Source: Sphaerodactylus townsendi (Eukaryota). Taken from it: a stretch of 64,000 bases of DNA. The translations under genes and the position numbers were made by a program. Below are positions 1 to 11,340 of this stretch, piece after piece. The stretch spans positions 3,100,001 through 3,164,000 of the forward strand of contig NC_059436.1 of the NCBI RefSeq assembly GCF_021028975.2, in the 5' to 3' direction. How positions within the stretch are numbered: the stretch's first letter is position 1; the number at the start of each line of letters is the position of its first letter. A model generated the notes under the pieces. That model saw nothing but the letters and a program-made list of their open reading frames with translations, did no database searches and had not been told where the DNA came from.

Positions 1-137
1 CACCCAGCAGGAAGGTAGAAGTGCAGAAACACATCTGGTTTACCAGATAAGCCTCTGCCACTCAGGTGGAGGAGTGCGGGATCAAACCCAGTTCTCCAGT
101 TTAGAATCCACCTGCTCTTAACCACTACACCAAGCTG
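1..137 (-). mobile_element. tRNA-derived squamate SINE (Squam3-like), partial
   Basis: Reverse complement of the head of the copy at 11041. Confidence 0.8.
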
Positions 138-857
138 CGTAGTAGTCTCCATTCTTGTTGAGACTGTGGGCACTCTTGGATTCTGAGGACAGATTATGTA
201 GCACCATCACAAAATGACTGCCATGGAGGCTGGGACCAGTTACAAATATTGGCTGTTTCCAAGCCAAGCACTCTCTTGTGTTTGAGGTGACTGTTTCCAA
301 TGAGGTGATTGTTTCCAATGCAGCAATACTCATTTGGCTGTGGTTTTTTTTTTTTTTTTGGTGATCTGCTCCTTGCAATCTGCTAATATTTGTCTAGATG
401 TTTTTACCCCATGTTTCCAAACCCATCTTCTTACCCATAAATTAAAACCAGCATCACTCCCTTCCAATTGTTTGGGTTCATATCCCTGGTTCACACAATG
501 TACCATTGATTATCTACTGCATAGGTTGGCTTTACAATTTAATGATGATATTTGCACGCCTGTGTAAGCGTATTAACATTACAATCGTATTCTTGGTCTG
601 ATGCCATTGAATCCATGCAAAACAATGAACTAGAAAATCCATACATGATTTCTGCTGTGGCATTTTTTTCTAGTACAAGAATTATTCTTAAGCTGCAGCC
701 AACTTTAATAAGGGCCTCTAATAATCCTGTTAGAGCTGCTGGGTTGTGGAATATATTACCACAATAGCCATAGTCCGTAGACATGAAAAATGGAGATTAA
801 CTTAGATCTTTACTTTTAAACATGAAATAAATATAACATCAAAGCTTATGTGGCAAG

Positions 858-1358
858 TAGGCTTGATCAATACCCTAGAAATTTGGTAAAGTTTGGATTC
901 AGATTTATTCGGGCCTAAAATTATCTGTATGCCCGAATAAGACAAATAACATAAATTTGGATATACCCGAAAAATTGGAGTCTGTCTGATTTTTAAAATA
1001 TTTTTGGTGTTTTTTTTTTTTTTGCATTTTGGTAGCCCCCATCTCCTGTTAACTCCCATTGGAAACAATGGGGGATGGGGCACCCAATTTGGGGGTCCAT
1101 AACTTTGGCCCCCCTTAACCAAACTTCACCAAACTCAGGTGGTATCATCAGGACAGTCTCCAGATGATATCCCGAAATTATGGTGCTGCTAGCTTTAAAA
1201 ATGTGCCCCTCTGCAGGCTGAAATGTGAAAAATACCAAAAAAGCCCAAATGCCTTGCATTCGGATTCACAAATATTCGGGCAGGACATATTCAACCAATT
1301 TAGTCCCGAATTTGCCGAGATTTGCCCGGTATTTGTTGCACCCAAATCTCCAAGCCTA
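858..1358. mobile_element. Non-autonomous hAT-type DNA transposon
   Basis: TIR taggcttg/caagccta; 8-bp TSD gtggcaag/atggcaag; internal module shared with 57985-58225. Confidence 0.7.
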
Positions 1359-1627
1359 ATGGCAAGCCATCTGAGTAAAGGATAGATAGGACCTTTCTTT
1401 CAACAATGTTTGAGTTATATGAGAGTGAACCTGCTGCAGGAATGCAAATAGAGATTGATGTTAGCTCGTGCCAGTACCAAAAACACTGATTGTCCCCTCT
1501 TCCCCAGAGACATTTGCAGAGACCATTTCCCTGCTCTACAGGCTGATCTCCTTCTATTGTCAGTTAAAGAAAATCTCAATTACTCTGTTCAAAGGCCAGT
1601 CAGGGTAGGAAGTATAGAACTGTACTG

Positions 1628-1921
1628 TGTCTCACAAAAAGATGTTAGTAGACTGGATATTCCTCCACCACAGACCTCAACATGCCAGATCTTATTTGTT
1701 GTAGAATTCTCCACTTGGGTTCTAGTGCCTACCTAGCCTGCTTCCCCCCATCTGTTTGAAAGTTTGATGGTATCAAAGGACCATGTTCAGTAATGCTAAA
1801 AATAATGGTTTTGACAAAGCCAGTGCATAAAAATGAACAATAATTCACATATTCGTTTAGGACTATATTCTAATGTGGAAGCATACAATTTTCTCAACTG
1901 CTGCACTTCAAACAGAGTATA
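1628..1921 (+). repeat. Diverged ~300-bp direct repeat, copy 1 (copy 2 at 5602-5950)
   Basis: Colinear shared blocks, e.g. aaaaagatgttag, ttgttgtagaattctc, cctacctagcc, aataatggttttgacaaag, gaagcatacaattttctc. Confidence 0.85.
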
Positions 1922-3366
1922 TATAGTTATGGCTGAGGACTTTGTATATGCTCTTCAAAGTTCACTCACCACCAGACACCCCATCCCCTCCATTTTTAAG
2001 CAGATGGTTATGCACCTATTAGAGCTGGATGAGATAATAGTGGGATGTATCTGTTATCTATTTGTTGATCATTGGTTCATTTTAAATTATATGCTGGGAT
2101 CTTATATGTTATATTTTTTCTGCTGCTTGTTGACTGCCCTGGACTCTCCTTGGGGGCAGGGTAGGATATAAAATAATATAAATACACCCCCCACACGCCC
2201 AATGGTCTTGCTGTATGTAAGGCAGCTCCGTGTGTTTATATGACATTCAGGGTTCTTTCTCTATGTTGGGGTTCCTGTTATTCTTTAGGGTGGGGTAATG
2301 TAAATGTGCAGGGTAGGAATTCATTCAATAAACATCCACCAAGATGTCTGACTCTGTAGCTGAAATCAAGCAGATTGGCTGGCATGAAATCATAATATAT
2401 ATTAGCAAGATGTGATCCAGCCAGTGGGGTTATTGAGTATCAGGCTGGAATCTGGGAGGTGCAGGTTTTGAAGCCTGACTCTGCTATGGAAGCGCTTTGG
2501 TTGACCTTGGGGCAGTCGTGCTCTCCCTCAGCCTAACTGACCTCTACATAGTTGTTGAAAGATGGTGAGGATGATGGTGTTAAGCCACTTTGGGACCCTG
2601 TTGGGGATAAAAACGGTATAATTACTTGAATGTAAGTGAGCCGGCAGTGATTGTTGCGGGAGGAGAATGCTAGAGAGCATGCTAGAGAGTGTGAAAATGG
2701 GCAGAGGGTACAGAAACCTCCTCCAGATGCCGGGGAAGGGTTCTTCTGATTCTTCAGCTTATGCCTCACACGCTGTTTGGGGTGGGGGTGGAGGAGTCAC
2801 ATTTCCAGCTTTACTGCAAAAAAATGCAACTAGCAGCATCAGAGATGAGCGGTGTCTCAAAGGGCAAATGGATTGCCTGTGCTTGTCTGACGTGACTTTC
2901 AATGAGTCTGTCAGCAGCTTGCTTTGACCTTCTCTTCCAAGGTGTGTCAGATGAGCGCACTGCTGGATGGCTGGGCGGGAGGAGTTTTTCTGTTCTGAGG
3001 CCCAGTGTGCTCTTCCTTGTGATCTTGGATGTTGTGCGAATGTTTGGGTCTGTTGTGGCAAACTCCCAAGGCTCCTTTGCTGCTCACGAGTGGCAGGGAT
3101 CATTTTGCAGGGCTACGGACTATTGCTGCGAGCAGCCTTATGCCTCTGCTAGCAAAGGCTCCCCACCTAGGGATCGGAGCAAAAAATAGCATGCTCCGAG
3201 GGGGAGGAGGCGCTAGGAAGAGGCACGTTCTCTGGATGCTCTATTGCCCGTTGCAGTGCCAGAGGACAAAAATAGCCTCCCGTGTAATTATTGCTGAGAT
3301 ACCAGTTTACCATTTCAAAGAAAGGACTCGCATTCATTTGGTTTGGCAGCAAGGGTGTTAACACAC

Positions 3367-3493
3367 ATGAAAATACACAAGCAAATCGGTGTCCTGCGGA
3401 AGATGAAATGCTTCCCTTGTCCGTTCTCAAACACAATTAAATCCGCTCAGTCCAACACCAGTGCCTTGATGTCTGCTTGTTTCTTTGACCAAG
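3367..3493 (+). CDS. PPP2R2A: Candidate alternative first coding exon of PPP2R2A (B-beta2-like N-terminus; in-frame ATGs at 3367 and 3403)
   Basis: Open frame MKIHKQIGVLRKMKCFPCPFSNTIKSAQSNTSALMSACFFDQ plus one G, then donor AAG|GTATGG (GT at 3494). Phase 1 joins exon 3 (G+CA GAT = A-D-IIST). In-frame stop upstream at 3295. MKCF start resembles the recalled PPP2R2B B-beta2 N-terminus. Confidence 0.7.
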
Positions 3494-5601
3494 GTATGGG
3501 AATGCGCTAATTTTAACGGTGAGTTCTTTGTTTTCCAATGTTTGCCTGGTTGCTTGGTTCTTGCCCGCTTCATTTTTATGTTTACGCAAAATTGCATTGA
3601 GTTGGCACTGTATTCGCAGTCATTAACAAAACAACCTTCGGTTAGCCTTGCATATATATTTCCTTTCTGAGGAACCAGCTGAAATCTCCGTCAAGGAGAA
3701 GCAGATTCCCTTTGGGACTTCTTTTATAAAGAACCTAAGTTTTTCCTGTGTGTTACTTAGCTGTGGCATAAAGGTTTTTTAAGCAAAAAAATTAATTGAA
3801 CCACATTTTTTTTAAATTGTCAGGGTTCCAGCAAAAAGAAAATGGTGTAAAGAGAAGCATGCTAATTTGTAAATTGAGGGTGTGGGGGTGCTAACTTGGG
3901 AGTTGTGGCTGATTTTGTAAATAATAAAGGAAATTGCATGTGCCTGTAAACTGCTTAAAAGTGCATACAAATCTTGAAGGTGGACATGGCATATTGAGCC
4001 CAAGGTTTGCAGGTTGAAGTGAATAATAGTGTTGAAGACTTAAGATATGCTCACAAATAGCTTTTTTGCCCCTGAGCAGAACATCAGAAGTGTCTGCAAG
4101 TGTTTAAGACTAAGTAGGTTACCTGCAAGTTCATGCTGCTTTTAAAAAATGTCTAGTTATGTGATGATGCATAAAATATGCATTTCTAATCTTCACTGAC
4201 TCAGATCTCCAGGTCAAATAAGCATTTTGGGTTGCTGAGGTGGTTTGTGTGTGTGTTTGTGCACTACAAGCATCTCCCCTCCCCAGTAAATCAGCATTAC
4301 AGAATCATACTATCTGCATTACTTTCCAAAGCCAATTCCTGTTCCTTTACAGTGAAATGCAAAGTGTCAGCTCTACATTGCAGCTTTTCCCCTCCTCCCC
4401 ACCCAAATTGGCTCAGCTCTTCCAATGCAGACAATTGCATAGCTCTGGGCTTCCAAGCTAGTTTTTTTATTGCATTCCCGGGTAGGTAGGACTTAAAAGG
4501 GTATAGTTTTATCTGTTTGCCAGCAGTTTGCAGCAGCCCCATGTAAGCTTGTTTTAAAGTTAACCTTTTAAAAAATTTGTTGTAAAGGCCATCACTTTGA
4601 GTGACTCTTAGTTTTCTGTATAGCTCTATTATATTTGGCATATCAGTTGGTACTCCTATTCCTGTTATCAGCTATATAGCTATTTCTTACACCTTGTGAC
4701 TGAACATGTGGTACCACTTAGTCTAGGAAAGGCAGAACCCTTTCCTAGTGCTGCTCTTTTCTCCTTTTAAAAAAATCTGCCAGTGCTGGGGGTGGGGTTG
4801 GAGAATTAGAAACTCTTTCCTACCTGTATATTAGAATTTAAAACTTCTGAGATCTTGTTCCAAATGTAGGAACATTTGCTGGTGGCAGGCTTGTGTGCAA
4901 ACATTTGATAAGAGGAGTCTGTGAGTCAGGAGGGTCCCACCCACTGTTGGTCAGCTGTTGTCCTGTCCCCTACCGGGGAGTCTTCCCAGGCCTCATACTG
5001 GGCAATGGAAGAGTTAAATGCACCCTGTTCTTCTCTTCTCCTGGCTAGGTGGCTCCAGCTATGAGCCCTCTAGCTTGTATTCTCCTTGGACTTTGGAGAA
5101 GCCTCCCATATCTAAAGGGATGTTGTGTATCCTTCCTGCCATTCTTCTGATTGACCCTTCTTAATTGCCCTCCCTCCGCTCCTGCTCTGACCCTCCCCAG
5201 TAATCACTTCAGGATGAGGAACCCATGGGCCTCCCCCCACCCCCATCAACCCGTGTCTGGCCAAGCTTGCCCTGATTTTGTCAGCTCCTGCCTCCTGGAA
5301 GAAGCTTTCTAGTGCAAGCTCAGCATGGCCACCACTACTTCCCCTTCAGGAGGAGTGGGGTCCATTTCTCCAGTCTCCAGACTTCCCTGCCCAGAATCTT
5401 CTTAAGATCTGTGGCTCAGCCGCTGGGTTGCTTTCCAGGCTCCATCAGTGTCAGATTCTCCCAACATAACTCCCCAACCTGACCCATCATTGGCTTCCTC
5501 ATGATGGGCAAATGAGTCATGGTTCAGAGCCCCGCCTGTGCTTGCTGCTCTGCTCCAGGTAGCTCCCATCCGTTCTGGCAGGGTTGAAGACAACTATAGT
5601 C

Positions 5602-5950
5602 TGTCTCAGAAAAAGATGTTAGAGGGTTGTATATTTCTCCACCATAGAACTCAACACGCTGGACTTCTTTGTTGTAGAATTCTCTGCCTGGGTTCTAGTT
5701 CCTACCTAGCCCTGTTCCCCCTGTCCATTTGAAAGTAAAAATACAGTGAACTATAAATGCTCTTGATCAAAGTACCATGTTCAATAATACACAAAATAAT
5801 GGTTTTGACAAAGGCAGTGTGTAAAAACGAATGGTAATTCTCATATTCAAGACTATATTTGGGGCTATATTCTAATGCTGAAGCATACAATTTTCTCGAC
5901 TGCTGTACTTCAACTGACTGTACTGACATTTTTTTCTTGGACAGAGTATA
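5602..5950 (+). repeat. Diverged ~300-bp direct repeat, copy 2
   Basis: Same colinear blocks as 1628-1921. Confidence 0.85.
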
Positions 5951-6169
5951 GAAAAAGTCTGAGGCTGCAGTTGAACATGGACATGCCTCATGGTAATAGT
6001 GCAGTCCTAAATAGATCTGCAGCCCTCTAAATCCAGTGAAGCCACTGGATGTGGAGAAGTGAAATTTGTTTAGGATTGCACCATGAGTTTTTTTTAACTC
6101 TCACTGAGTTATGATAGTGAGACAATATTGGGTTTCAAACTAGAATGTATAATTGATACTATTCACTCA

Positions 6170-6786
6170 ACCTGCATTGGCTTCCAGTTGAGTTTCAAAT
6201 CATCTTCAAGGTATGGGTGTTGACCTTTAAGGCCTTACGCGGCCTGGGACCCTCGTACCTTCGGGACTGCATTACCCCATATGTCTCTACAATTTGCTGG
6301 TGGTTCCTGGCCCCTCAATGATGCAACTGGCCTCCACTCGGGCCAGGGCCTTTTCAGCCCTGGCCCCTGCCTGGTGGAACACTCTCCCTCCAGCTGTCCG
6401 GGCCCTGCGGGACCTTGGTGAATTCCGCAGGGCCTGTAAGACTGAGTTGTTCCGCCGGGCTTTTGGAGTGTCCAGTTGCTGAGAGTGCCCCCCCCTTTTA
6501 TTCCTCCGGTCTGGAGTTCCCATTGTCATCTATGGGACCCACTTTTCTGTTTTGCTTCCCCCCTCTCTGGGAGGGTTTTAATTGAGGTTACTGCGTGACA
6601 CCATCTTTGTTAATCTTATCGCTGTGTTTTAATTTAATTTTAATCTTATTGCTATGCTTAATTTAATTTTAATGGGGTTGTTTGTATGGGTTGTTGTACA
6701 CTGTGTAGAGGAAGTTATGTTGTACACCACTCAAAGCCCTCCGGGGGTAGAGCGGTATATAAAACCCATAAATAAATAATAAATAA
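6170..6786 (+). mobile_element. 5'-truncated L2/CR1-group LINE 3' end
   Basis: Encodes LHWLPVEFQIIFKV...LGPSYLRD and RAFSALAPAWWNTLP...FRRACKTELFRRAF, typical of the L2 ORF2 C-terminus; (TAAA)n tail. Confidence 0.85.
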
Positions 6787-7606
6787 GGAGATTCCTGGGA
6801 GTGCTACTTGGTGGAACAAGGAAACATTTCAGATCCAAGAATATTCGTTTGATCATGCCAAACAATGGTTTGCTCTAGTTATAGGTTATACCTTCATAAG
6901 AGCAATGGTTCATTATCCTCTTCCATACTGTGGCCAGCCAGTATGGAACAGGCCTATAAACTGCTCAACAGGCCTATAAACAGCCTTTCTTTTATGTTGT
7001 CTCCCAGCACTGCTATTAAGAGGGTTACTGCTTTTTTAATATGGTGGTCCGTTTAGTCATCATGGCTGTTAATCATTGATGGGAACTATTCTCTATAAAT
7101 TTCCCTAGTCTCTTTTTTAATGCATACTAAAATAGTGGCTGCCACTACGACTACGGGCAACGAATCCCATAAGTTAATTGTTCTTAGTGAAGGACTACTT
7201 TCTTTTGGTGGCCACAGTCTTCTAATTGTTCTACCCAGCAACTTCACTGAGTGTCTGAAAGTTCATGTATTATATAAAAAAGAGAAAGAAGTTATCTTAG
7301 TCTTATCTACTTTCTCCACTGCCTTTGCAATTTTGCACACATCTGTCCCGTTCCCTGTTAGCAACTTTTTCCTTAATACAAAAAGCCTCAGACTCCTTTC
7401 CCTTTCCTCATAGTAAAGGTGTTAGTAAAGCCATGTTAGTTGTCATTTTTTTCTTCCATCTTTTACTGCTCTACAGTATCTTTTTAAATATTCAGCAACC
7501 AAAACCACGCTTAGTGTGGCTTATTGTAATGAAAAGATTGGTGTTCTGATTTTCATGAAAAAATGTGCACCATAATATTAATGTACATTTCCTTTTTATT
7601 ACACAG

Positions 7607-7704
7607 CAGATATAATTTCTACAGTAGAATTTAATCATTCTGGAGAATTGCTAGCAACTGGAGACAAGGGTGGCAGAGTGGTCATCTTTCAACAAGAGCA
7701 GGAG
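7607..7704 (+). CDS. PPP2R2A: PP2A B55-alpha coding exon 3 ([33 protein letters not shown])
   Basis: Translation matches B55-alpha; acceptor acacag|cag and donor GAG|gtgagt; 98 bp. Confidence 0.97.
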
Positions 7705-7860
7705 GTGAGTTTTGTGTTGATGTTCTGTGAGAAGTGGGGTTCAGTGGTCGCAAAATGTCCCAGATTCAGTTTCTAGCATCTCAATTTCAAAGGATCAGGG
7801 AGCATGTAATGTGAAGGACCTCTGTGTAAGACTCTGGAGAAGTGCCTTTTCTCACTAGAC

Positions 7861-8202
7861 CAGGGATCCTCAAACATTTTGAGCCCATGGGCATCTTTGG
7901 AATGCTGACACATTGTGGCTCAACCAGAAAATGGCTGCCACAAAATGTCTCCTGCAGGAGGCAGAGCCGGCCACAAAATGGCTGCCGTAACTTACTTTCA
8001 TTTACATAGTGAAGATCCTTGTCCTGTGGTTGCACCTGCTGCCAAAACAACTTTTTAAAAAATCTGCACAGCTAATCAGATCTTCCGTGGCATATCAGAA
8101 GCCTTGATGGGCATAAACCCCATTCAGCCACATTCACTTTCTAAAAAAAGTGTGGTGGACACCAAGAAAGGTGATGGTGGGCACCTTATTGGAGCACCCC
8201 TG
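7861..8202. mobile_element. Old hAT-type MITE nested in a SINE-like element
   Basis: Ends cagggatcctcaa / ggagcacccctg; degenerate TSD cactagac/cagtagat. Confidence 0.55.
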
Positions 8203-11040
8203 CAGTAGATAATACTAAGCTTTATGAGTTCAGTGGTTTGACACAGTATAAGGCAGCTTCATGTATTCCTTCCCACCTTCTTTACTGTCTTCAGCTGGAA
8301 GTTGTATATGAAAGCTGTGTCTGGTGTAGCTGGAATATGATCCATTTTTAAAAGTGCCAGTGAAAGACTATTTTTCATCATTGTGTGACCCAGGGATAGA
8401 CAGAACTACATTGCAAAAAAGTATTTGGGAGCACAGTATGACTGAAATATTGTTTTTCTGATGGGGATATCCTTCTGAACCAATGTTGTCTAAAGCCTGC
8501 TATGATTCTCAGAACAATGAAGCACAAGAAAGATGTATTCTCCTGGAGGCGACTGTGGGCATCTTGGATGGGTGATCTCCCAACCCTTTCTTAGGGAGGC
8601 AGGAACTGAAACTTGCTACTTCCTGTGGAAGGCTTGGGTGTCCATCTTGATCCCCAGTATTTTTCCTGCCTCAGCAGGGAGAGCAGGTTCCTTACTGGGC
8701 TCTAGAGCCAATATAGCCTGCTATGATTCTCAGAACAATGATGCCCAAGAAAGATATGTTTTCCCTGTTAGGGTTGATTTGTGGTAGATCAGCGTGAAAT
8801 TTTTTACAGTTAACTTTTTTTGTAATGCTCATTGGATTGTAAAAGCAGAAGAACTGATCTGAAGCAGTTCCTAGCAATCTATAAACAGGATGAATATGGC
8901 AAAGTTAGAGCTCCATGGTTCTTTTCATCTACAGTTGTGCTAATTATTGATTTTACCTACAAAATTTTCTTTGTCTGCAACAGATATTGGTTTGCCCATG
9001 TTATATTTGAGAGTTTTCACCCAGGTCTATCCTGGTATACATAGGTTATTGATCCCAGTTACTCCCTATCACTCTCTGCCTCCAGCTAATTCCCCCAAAT
9101 GAAGTGAAGACTGCCTACTTATGGAAATATCTAAGTACATTTATAAGTACAAATACAAACCTTCTCCAGTTAAAACACTGTGTTTCATAGAACAGGTATA
9201 TCATTGAAGATTTAATTCTTCTTGCCAAAACATTCTCATCTATTCAGTACTAAATTACATGTTTTCTTTGTGATTTGAGATTTTTGTAGAGCTGTTAACA
9301 GTAAGTGCATTTTGACCCAATAAACCAGTTTTATTTCTGTAGTTTCAACTTGGATTTCTAGACCTCAGTAGTGAAGCTGACCAGCAACACAGTTAACAAC
9401 CATTTCTCTAAAACATTTACTGCTTATATGGTGCTACCACATGTATAGTCAGCACTTGCTTGACTGCAGTATTAATACTGACTGGAATCATTTTTTAAAA
9501 AATCCTGGCAAGTATAGCAAGGGTGAAATGCCATCGATGTAATATTTTGCATACATTATCTCTAAAAAGAGTACACACAGAGAAAGAAAAACTAAATGAT
9601 AATAGATAGGATGAAATCCTATCATAATCCAAGAATTTCTTCCATTTTTCCTCCAAGTTCTGCTCTGATAACATAAAAACAAGCCTGGTTAGCAAAATAC
9701 ATAATCCTTTGGAGAACCAAATGGATCTGGTTTGCAACTACAGGTGCTCTGGGGGTGTCATCTTAGAATGATTTTTTCTTAAAGACATCCCCCCCCCTCT
9801 CTCTTTGTGGTGTTGGACTTAAAGGGTTAAATGTAAAGGATTAAGATTATTGCATTAGAAATACAAGTCACTCATATAGTTTGTAGTTTTGAAGTATAAA
9901 CAGTTGCTAGTTGTTACAGTTGAAATGTATCTCAGGGGAAGCTGGCAGTTAACCAAGGCCAGGCAGCAGTTCAACTGGGAAGCTCTTGATGCTAAAAGAA
10001 ACAAACGCTTCTAGTAAGAGGCCGCATGGAAGTACTGTAGCAATGTTTAGGTTTGATGTTTCTTAAATCTCTGCTTTTCTGTCAGCCAGGTGTCTTGATT
10101 AGAGTCAGACTGTTATATTAAGCACAACCATAAAATGTACAGTGCCTCTTGGGTTAGCATAACAATGTTGCAAAGCCAGACCTGTCGCCCAGGAAGGAGG
10201 CTAGTGCGAAACCTCACACTCAAGATTATCTTGAATGGGTAGTGGACACTCTGTCATGCAGTGCCTCCCTCCCCAGCTGACAGGCTGCTACGAAGTGCAT
10301 TTCTAGGGCGAGAAACCGTATATGTTTTTTTAAAAAACATCCTCCTGTCTCTGGAATAAACAATGTATCCCTTGGTGCCATGTTGACCCCTTGGGTTGAC
10401 CTAGGCTTCATTATAATATTAAATCACCCAGGGGAGGTACTAAAGTGTATCTTTTTGTACATACTGTTGTATGAAGTGGGCTTACATATGAGGGTTTGTT
10501 CCAGTTTGGCCTCCAAACCAGAGAATGTTTTCTTTAGGGCATCCACATGGCATTTACCTAATTGTCTCCTTCCTGGATTTTTTGCTGTATCCTCTCCCAA
10601 GATCACAAAGTTGGCGTGCTTGGACTGGAAACTTTTTAAGCATGCTGTGAACCCTCTAGCCATTTTTTCTTGTCTCAGTTCCTGGAACTTCCACCCTTCC
10701 CCACACGTATATGTCATAGCAACAGATAACTTTGAGAGGCTTTAAGAAACTCAGCAATTAGCATATCAGTATAGCACAATATACAGTGATCTGTTGCCAC
10801 AGTGGTCTGCTAGTTTCAAGAATTTTTGTTGTTGTTTTAAGTAAGTTTCTTGCCCTGTTTGTTGCAGAAATAAAAGTAAATAAATAAATAGTAAGTTAGT
10901 ACCTTAGCCTATGTAGAAATAAAATCAGTAGTCAACAATAAAGGCAACAACATTCTTGCAACAAGCAGGGACAGTTGAAAATGAATAGGTGAAAGCGACA
11001 AACTGCATCAGATCTAGAAATAAAAATACCAGATATAGAA

Positions 11041-11340
11041 GAGCCAGCGTGGTGTAGTGGTTAAGAGCAGGTGGATTCTAATCTGGAGAACCGGGTTTGA
11101 TTCCCCACTCCTCCACCTGAGTGGCAGAGGCTTATCTGGTGAACCAGATGTGTTTCCGCACTCCTACATTCCTGCTGAGTGACCTTGGGCTAGTCACAAT
11201 TCCTTGGAACTCTCTCAGCCCCACCTACCTCACAAGGTGTCTGTTGTGAGGAGAGGAAGGGAAAAGAGCTTGTAAGCCATCATTGAGTCTCCTGACAGGA
11301 GAGAAAGGTGGGGTATAAGTCCAAACTCTTCTTCTTCTTC
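11041..11340 (+). mobile_element. Full-length tRNA-derived SINE (Squam3-like)
   Basis: Box A tggtgtagtgg, box B ggtttgattcc, (CTT)n tail; several homologues in the window. Confidence 0.85.

Noticed and set aside
11041-11115. Possible tRNA gene
   Set aside because: A/B boxes belong to a multi-copy SINE head.
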